From assembly GCA_023244865.1 (NCBI GenBank), contig JAHFLM010000001.1, forward strand, positions 1 to 31,463: 31,463 nt of DNA, in the 5' to 3' direction. The notes below the pieces were generated by a model. That model worked only from the letters and a program-made list of their open reading frames with translations. It was not told where the DNA came from and did not search any database. Shown piece by piece: positions 25,268 to 31,463 of this stretch (position 1 is the first letter of the stretch; each line of letters starts with the position of its first letter). The stretch is from Candidatus Harrisonbacteria bacterium (lineage in GTDB: Bacteria > Patescibacteriota > Minisyncoccia > UBA6257 > UBA11618). The translations under genes were made by a program, and so were the position numbers.

Positions 25268-25368
25268 AATCAAACTATGAATTAAATAACGCACAATGTC
25301 AATATTAATAAAAATCCCCGAAAAACTCGCCTTTTCCTTTTTTTTACGCTAAAATAACAGTAATTTTT

Positions 25369-26757
25369 ATGGCTAAGAAAACCACGCACAAAGTTAAAGG
25401 CGAAGATTGGGGGCTAGAAGAAGCCGCTACCCCAGACTTCAAGGCCAACAAAGCCAAGATAAAAGTAGTGGGTGTGGGTGGTGGCGGTGGTCATGCGGTC
25501 TCTCGCATGCGCGATGAGTTTCATAAATCAATCGAATTTATTGCGATTAATACCGACAACCAAGATCTAGAATTTTGTAACGTTGATCGCAAAATTTACA
25601 TCGGTAAAAATGTGACTCGTGGTTTGGGTGCTGGCATGAACCCTGACCTTGGTCGCCAAGCCGCCGAAGAAAATCGCAACGAAATCGCCGACGCTCTTTC
25701 CGGCGCCGATCTAGTTTTTATTACTGCGGGGCTTGGTGGCGGCACCGGTTCTGGTGCCTCTTCCACTGTCGCCGACATCGCTCACGAACTAGGCGCGATC
25801 GTCGTCGCCGTCTTAACCAAACCTTTTAGCTTCGAAGGTTTACATCGAGCAAGGATTGCCGACGAAGCCCTTTCTCGCATCAAGGATAAAATCGATTCTT
25901 ATATTGTGGTGAACAACGATAAGATTTTCGACGTGATTAATAAAGACACCTCGATCGTTAAAGCCTTCGAGTGCATCGACAATGTTTTGAAAGGCGCCGT
26001 CCAAGGCATTTCCGATTTAATTTCTATGCCCGGCACAGTGAATGTCGACTTCGCCGACATCAAAGCTATTATGCAAAATTCCGGTGGGGCACTTGTGGGC
26101 GTTGGCCTAGCCGAAGGCAAAGACAGAAGTATCAACGCCGTCAATCAAGTCCTTTCTTCACCTCTTATTGATATTAATATTGCCGGTGCGAAGGGGATTC
26201 TTTTCAGTGTTTCCGGTCGCGACATGAAAATGCTTGAGGTCAACGAAATCGCCAAAACCATTAATTCCATTGTTGGCCCAGGTGCTAAAACCATCTTCGG
26301 TGTTTACAACGACCGCCGTCTTAAAATGGGGGAGTTGAAAGTCACTTTAATTGCTACTGGTTTTGAAGACCGAGATAAAAGTTTGCTTCAAGTTGGTAAA
26401 ACTCCAGTCATCGAAGTGGAGCGTGGCTCCGATCTTTTTTCCGACGTCAAAATCTCTTCCAAAGAAGAATTACCCAAACCAAACTTACCCATCCCATCTT
26501 TCAAATTAGACATTAAGCCTCTCGGCACCTCAACCGAACCAGTGAAAATGGATTCTAGACCCAATCACGATCCTCACACGAAGCCTATCACTTTTAGAGA
26601 GCCAATTTCCAAAGAAAAATTAAACGCTGTTGTAGAAGATTCTAAAGACTGGAATCGCGTCGAGTCTAAAGAAAAAGCCATTCCACCACCCGACCCCAAA
26701 ACCAAAGAAGACAGCTTCTGGGACATTCCCGCCTTCATGCGTCGCAAAAAGAAATAA
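25369..26757 (+). CDS. ftsZ: cell division protein FtsZ
   Basis: [28 protein letters not shown] motifs and the C-terminal DIPAFMR peptide. Confidence 0.97.
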   Translation: MAKKTTHKVKGEDWGLEEAATPDFKANKAKIKVVGVGGGGGHAVSRMRDEFHKSIEFIAINTDNQDLEFCNVDRKIYIGKNVTRGLGAGMNPDLGRQAAEENRNEIADALSGADLVFITAGLGGGTGSGASSTVADIAHELGAIVVAVLTKPFSFEGLHRARIADEALSRIKDKIDSYIVVNNDKIFDVINKDTSIVKAFECIDNVLKGAVQGISDLISMPGTVNVDFADIKAIMQNSGGALVGVGLAEGKDRSINAVNQVLSSPLIDINIAGAKGILFSVSGRDMKMLEVNEIAKTINSIVGPGAKTIFGVYNDRRLKMGELKVTLIATGFEDRDKSLLQVGKTPVIEVERGSDLFSDVKISSKEELPKPNLPIPSFKLDIKPLGTSTEPVKMDSRPNHDPHTKPITFREPISKEKLNAVVEDSKDWNRVESKEKAIPPPDPKTKEDSFWDIPAFMRRKKK

Positions 26758-26918
26758 GATTTCAAAAAAACAGTCATGTAAATTGGCTGTTTTTTGTATT
26801 TTCATACCAACATAATAAAACTACCAGCTCGTCCATCTATTGCTTTTTTTTAGCACCACTATAATTAAGTTAATAAGGTCTAAAAGTAGGATAAAAAGTC
26901 ATAAAAAAATAATAAAAA

Positions 26919-29693
26919 ATGTTAGGCAAAATTAAGAAGCGTAGTGGTAACTTGGTTGATTTTGATGAAAAAAGAATTGAGTCGGCTCTCGGCAAGGCCT
27001 TCATGGCCACCAATACCCCGCACAGTGAAGATTTGTTGCGTGACCTTACGCATAAAATTTTAGTTAATCTCGAAGCAATTTATGACAGTATCAAAATTCC
27101 AAGCGTAGAAGAAGTTCAAGATTTGGTAGAAAAGCAATTGGCTGAAGACGGCTTTTTCGACGTTTCTAAGTCCTACATTATTTATCGCCTCGAAAGAGAG
27201 CGCCTCCGCGATCGTCACAAGAAAGACCTTTTGAGGCGTCTCGAGAAAAAGGAGTTAAAAGTTAAAAAGAGAAATGGTAATTTGGTTTCGTTCGACATTT
27301 ACGAAATTGAAAAAGAGCTTGAGCCTTTGGTAAAAGATTTTGGTGAGACTATCGATACCCTAAGCATCATCGAAGACGCTAAGAACAATATTTTTGAAGG
27401 TATTTCGACCAAAGAAATCAACCAAGCCATCTTAATGGCGATCAAAAATCGTCTAGATCTTGACCCCGCCTATTCCTACATGGCTGCTAGGTTTTTGTTT
27501 AACGATCTCTACAAAGAAGTCATCGACACTTCGCTCGCCAGCCCCACTTTCAAAGATACTTACAAGAATAATTTAGAAGCTAAAATTTCACTGGGGGTGA
27601 GGCTCGGTCGTCTTGATCCGCGCTTACTTAATTTCGACTTTGAAAAATTAAAAAAAGTGCTCGACCCTAGTCGCGACCACCTATTCTCTTATCTTGGCGC
27701 TCAAGTTCTTTATGATCGTTATTTTGTGAAAGACCATGATCAAAATATTTTGGAATGCCCGCAGTATTTTTGGATGAGAATCGCGATGGGCCTAGCTTTA
27801 AATGAAAAAGACAAAGATGAAAAAGCTATCGAGTTTTATAATTTAATTTCTCAATTGCTTTACGTACCATCCTCCCCGACTCTTTTCCATTCCGGCACCA
27901 TGCACCCCCAGATGAGTTCTTGTTACCTCACGACCGTCGAAGATGATTTGCATAATATTTTTAAGTGTATCGGTGACAACGCTCAGCTTTCTAAGTATTC
28001 CGGTGGTTTGGGTAACGATTGGACCAATATCCGTGGCACCGGCGCCCTTATCAAGAGCACTAATGTGACAAGTCAGGGCGTCATCCCATTCTTGAAGATC
28101 GTTGATTCCACAACTGCCGCCATTAATCGTAGTGGTAAACGCCGCGGCGCCACCTGTATCTATTTAGAAACTTGGCACTATGACATCGAAGAATTTTTAG
28201 AGCTTCGTAAAAATACTGGCGATGATCGTCGTCGCACTCACGACACTAACACTGCGAACTGGATCCCTGACCTTTTTATCGAAAGAGTTTTAACTGATGG
28301 TGAGTGGACTCTCTTTTCTTCCGAAGAGGTGCCAGATTTGCATCACACCTATGGCCGAGAATTTAAGCGTCGTTATGAGGAATATGAAAGGCGAGTAGAG
28401 GAGGGAAGTATTAAGCTTTATAAAAAAATCAAAGCCAAAGATTTGTGGCGTAAAATGATCACGATGCTTTTCGAAACCGGTCACCCGTGGATTACCTTCA
28501 AAGACCCGTGCAACGTCCGTTCCCCGCAAGATCATTGTGGCGTCGTGAAGTGTTCTAATCTTTGCACCGAGATCACCCTCAATACTTCCAAAGAAGAGAC
28601 CGCTGTTTGTAATCTAGGCTCCATCAATCTTTTATCACATTGCGTGAAAGGTAAAATGGACTGGGAAACCCTTAGGGAATCTGTTTCGGTTGCCATGCGC
28701 ATGTTGGATAACACGATCGACCTAAACTTCTACCCCACTCCTGAATCTGAAAATTCTAATTTGAAACACCGCCCAGTGGGTTTGGGAATTATGGGTTTGC
28801 AAGATTGCTTCTACGAATTAAATTACCAGTTTGAAAGTACCGAAGCAGTGAATTTTTCCGATGAGGTTATGGAGTTTATTTCTTATCATGCCATTTCCGC
28901 TTCCGCGCAATTAGCCTTCGAGCGCGGCGCTTATTTAAGCTATCGAAATTCTAAGTGGGACAGGGGATTATTACCTATCGACACCATTAAGCTCCTAGAA
29001 GAGGAGCGTGGTCGCGCTACGGGCATCGAGCCTATTACGAGGCTAGATTGGAGTGTTGTGAGGGAGCTTGTGAAAAAGCATGGCATGAGAAATTCTAACT
29101 GCATGGCAATCGCCCCAACCGCCACCATTGCGAACATTGCCGGCTGTTTGCCATCGATCGAGCCGATCTATAAAAATCTTTACGTGAAGTCTAACTTCAG
29201 CGGTGAATTTACAATCATTAACAAGAACTTAGTTGAAGATCTTCAGGCTCTCAATCTTTGGAGTCAGGAAATGCTCGACAAGATTAAATACTACGACGGC
29301 AGCATTCAAAACATTTTCGAAATCCCAGCCGACATTCGAGCTAAATATAAAGAAGTCTTCGAAATCGATCCTTATTGGTTGATTTTGCACGCCGCTTATC
29401 GTGGTAAGTGGATCGATCAGAGCCAATCCCTAAATATCTTTACCTCGAGCCAGTCCGGCCCCTTCATCGCCGATATTTATTTAAACGCTTGGCGTTATGG
29501 CTTGAAGACCACTTATTATTTAAGAACCTTAGCCGCCTCTTCTGTGGAAAAAAGCACGCTCGACATTAATAAGAAATACGAGGGCAAAGAATTAGATGCT
29601 TCAGGTAGCTCCAAAGAGCCAGAAGTTGTCTTAGTCGCCGCTAAGCCAAAGATTACTGTTTTCGAAGATGGCACCTGCGAGAGTTGTCAGTAA
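26919..29693 (+). CDS. nrdA: class I ribonucleotide reductase alpha subunit with two ATP-cones
   Basis: Two KKR.G..V.FD cones; SSCYL, SNLCTEI, CNLGSINL, APTATI, LKTTYYLR motifs; C-terminal CESCQ. Confidence 0.96.
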   Translation: MLGKIKKRSGNLVDFDEKRIESALGKAFMATNTPHSEDLLRDLTHKILVNLEAIYDSIKIPSVEEVQDLVEKQLAEDGFFDVSKSYIIYRLERERLRDRHKKDLLRRLEKKELKVKKRNGNLVSFDIYEIEKELEPLVKDFGETIDTLSIIEDAKNNIFEGISTKEINQAILMAIKNRLDLDPAYSYMAARFLFNDLYKEVIDTSLASPTFKDTYKNNLEAKISLGVRLGRLDPRLLNFDFEKLKKVLDPSRDHLFSYLGAQVLYDRYFVKDHDQNILECPQYFWMRIAMGLALNEKDKDEKAIEFYNLISQLLYVPSSPTLFHSGTMHPQMSSCYLTTVEDDLHNIFKCIGDNAQLSKYSGGLGNDWTNIRGTGALIKSTNVTSQGVIPFLKIVDSTTAAINRSGKRRGATCIYLETWHYDIEEFLELRKNTGDDRRRTHDTNTANWIPDLFIERVLTDGEWTLFSSEEVPDLHHTYGREFKRRYEEYERRVEEGSIKLYKKIKAKDLWRKMITMLFETGHPWITFKDPCNVRSPQDHCGVVKCSNLCTEITLNTSKEETAVCNLGSINLLSHCVKGKMDWETLRESVSVAMRMLDNTIDLNFYPTPESENSNLKHRPVGLGIMGLQDCFYELNYQFESTEAVNFSDEVMEFISYHAISASAQLAFERGAYLSYRNSKWDRGLLPIDTIKLLEEERGRATGIEPITRLDWSVVRELVKKHGMRNSNCMAIAPTATIANIAGCLPSIEPIYKNLYVKSNFSGEFTIINKNLVEDLQALNLWSQEMLDKIKYYDGSIQNIFEIPADIRAKYKEVFEIDPYWLILHAAYRGKWIDQSQSLNIFTSSQSGPFIADIYLNAWRYGLKTTYYLRTLAASSVEKSTLDINKKYEGKELDASGSSKEPEVVLVAAKPKITVFEDGTCESCQ

Positions 29694-29704
29694 ATTATGC
29701 GTTT

Positions 29705-29730
29705 TGTCATTCCTGCGGAGGCAGGAATCT
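29705..29730 (+). repeat. short TGTCAT-tagged palindrome
   Basis: tgtcattcctgcggaggcaggaatct is the reverse complement of 7623-7648. Confidence 0.85.
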
Positions 29731-29796
29731 AATCTATTAACGTTATCCTCAATCCACTTATCCTGAATAGAGTTGGAGGGTGCGAGTCCTGCTAAT

Positions 29797-29942
29797 AAAA
29801 AAAGGCCATAAGGCCTTTTGAAAGACTGCGTGGGGAGTGACAGGATTTTGTTCGTTGGAACATTACCCGCACCTTTTCCGTCTCATAAAAGAGAATTTAG
29901 GAAACGCCCTGGATCCGGGCCGCACCTCTCCACGCAGTTTAT
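29797..29942 (-). ncRNA. candidate ~145-nt structured RNA (strand not certain)
   Basis: 13-bp closing helix (29825-29837 with 29926-29938) and three inner hairpins. Minus-strand promoter TTGATA, 16 nt, TATTAT (29976-29949) and a ggcc hairpin with T7. Confidence 0.45.
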
Positions 29943-30054
29943 CTCGCTATAATAGCAGTTAAATAAAATTTATCAACAGCTTAAACTTTGGCTTTAGCGA
30001 GCCTCTTTTCAGTCAACATTTGCATCACTTAACATACTCGTTCAAAATCATTCT

Positions 30055-31056
30055 ATGGAAGTTAAAAAAATCTTAAATTGTTCTACGACCGATCCGAATA
30101 AAATCTTGCCAATTAAATATCAGTGGGCAAGAAAGTACTATAAAACAGGTGTCGCTAATAACTGGACTCCAGAAGAGGTGGGCATGCAGAAAGATGTGGA
30201 GACTTGGAAGAACCCGGCTGGCTTAACTGAAGATGAACGTCGTTTAATTATTTGGAACATGGGCTTTTTTTCGACCGCAGAAAGCTTAACTGCTAATAAT
30301 CTTGTTTTGACTATCTACAAGCACATTACTAATCCAGAATGTCGCCAATATCTTCTGCGCCAAGCTTTCGAAGAGGCAATTCACACCGACACGTTTATTT
30401 ATTGCTGCGACACCCTAGGGCTCAATCCTGATGATGTTTATAATATGTATCTCAAGATCCCTAGCATTAAGAGAAAAGACGATTTTGTGGTGGCGATGAC
30501 GAAGTCTCTTATGGATCCAGATTTCACCACCGACAGCACTCAAAATATCAGGCTTTTCGTCCATGATCTCATTGGTTTTTACGTCATCATGGAAGGTATT
30601 TTCTTTTACGCTGGCTTTGTGATGATGCTTTCTTTCTTGCGTCAAAATAAAATGGTGGGAGTAGGGGAGCAGTTTCAGTTTATTTTACGAGATGAATCGA
30701 TCCACCTCGCTTTCGGAGCTGATTTGATTAACGCGATCATCGCCGAAAACCCGACTATTTGGACGGCTGATTTTCAAGAATTGGTTATAAGTAATATTAA
30801 GCAGGCGGTAGAGTTAGAGTACGAATACGCCAAAGATTGTCTACCTAGAGGCATTTTAGGCCTCAATGCGGAGACTATTAGAGAGTATATTCAATACATC
30901 GCCGACCGCCGTTTAGAAAGAATTGGCTTAACCAAAGTCTATGGCTCTGCTAACCCCTTCCCATGGATGAGCGAGATTATCGACCTTAAAAAAGAGAAAA
31001 ACTTCTTCGAAACCCGAGTCACCGAATACCAAAGCGGCACCATCAAGTGGGAGTAA
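30055..31056 (+). CDS. nrdB: ribonucleotide reductase beta subunit, class Ic-type (R2c)
   Basis: Ligands E76, E107, H110, E180, E214, H217; Phe114 at the radical-Tyr position; C-terminal FFETRVTEY. Confidence 0.93.
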   Translation: MEVKKILNCSTTDPNKILPIKYQWARKYYKTGVANNWTPEEVGMQKDVETWKNPAGLTEDERRLIIWNMGFFSTAESLTANNLVLTIYKHITNPECRQYLLRQAFEEAIHTDTFIYCCDTLGLNPDDVYNMYLKIPSIKRKDDFVVAMTKSLMDPDFTTDSTQNIRLFVHDLIGFYVIMEGIFFYAGFVMMLSFLRQNKMVGVGEQFQFILRDESIHLAFGADLINAIIAENPTIWTADFQELVISNIKQAVELEYEYAKDCLPRGILGLNAETIREYIQYIADRRLERIGLTKVYGSANPFPWMSEIIDLKKEKNFFETRVTEYQSGTIKWE

Positions 31057-31072
31057 TTTTAATCTGTCGTTT

Positions 31073-31453
31073 CTAAGTCACCTTACTCGCCGCTATAATC
31101 TCCATCAACCTCTTCTTTATAATATTAATCGTGTGTTGAATCGAAGAAAGTAGAATCTGTTTCACTGCCGCCGAAGCCAATTGCCTGTTGCCAGCAAGCT
31201 TTTTTTGCACTGCTAAGGTTTTCACGGCAAAGACTGCTCTTGTGGTTATTAGAGTTAATCCACTAGTACCGCCAGCCGCCAAGATATTAGGTTTGGTAGC
31301 CGCTATTTTTTTTAAAATATAAATAGGGTCGGGTGCTACGCAAGAATTAACGTTGCTCAAATTTACCTGCTGGGCTTGCATAATTTGCGGCAGCAAAAAA
31401 ATCACCAAAAATAAACCATTCCAAAGCCTCTTTGTTCCTAGAGTCCTATTCAT
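31073..31453 (-). CDS. hypothetical secreted protein (start may lie outside the window)
   Basis: Signal-peptide-like N-terminus ending MQA-Q; convergent on nrdB. Confidence 0.55.
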   Translation of the reverse strand: MNRTLGTKRLWNGLFLVIFLLPQIMQAQQVNLSNVNSCVAPDPIYILKKIAATKPNILAAGGTSGLTLITTRAVFAVKTLAVQKKLAGNRQLASAAVKQILLSSIQHTINIIKKRLMEIIAASKVT

Positions 31454-31463
31454 TAAAATTATA

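Noticed and set aside
26840-26880. NrdR box upstream of nrdA
   Set aside because: Poor match to the acaCwAtATaTwGtg consensus; better read as a plain TATAAT -10.
948-29976. Preference for 16-nt promoter spacers
   Set aside because: Four promoters have 16 nt but others have 17 or 18; the sample is too small to support a claim.
390-30645. Numerous 60-135 aa antisense or overlapping ORFs within housekeeping genes
   Set aside because: Shadow frames of well-supported genes, with no RBS or motif support.

Overview
This is a chromosomal window from a probable Patescibacteria/CPR bacterium (Parcubacteria-like gene set, standard code with TGA as stop). The backbone is housekeeping. It holds a pentose-phosphate/glycolysis cluster (rpe, split transketolase, PfkB kinase, class II fba), then rplY, a lytic transglycosylase, RF1, rpmE, lepB, hisS, HIT, rpsU, YqeY, ybeY, ftsA, ftsZ and nrdAB. 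Small accessory inserts and many TGTCAT-tagged palindromic (REP-like) repeats interrupt it. The main discovery candidate is the island at about 3060-6330. There a near-consensus promoter drives a ~620-nt, highly base-paired RNA with no credible ORF, whose 5' and 3' ends pair and which runs straight into tRNA-Arg(UCU) and a terminator. Divergently, a tandem array of six ~100-aa paralogous unknown genes is transcribed. Other candidates are a ~65-nt sRNA complementary to the 16S rRNA 3' end, a ~145-nt structured RNA between nrdA and nrdB, and a conserved 5'-leader hairpin on three genes inserted between ftsA and ftsZ. The window also has an RF1 lacking domain 1 and a Chlamydia-type class Ic ribonucleotide reductase. 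No integrase, transposase or CRISPR array was seen. All structures were derived by eye; no folding or database search was run.
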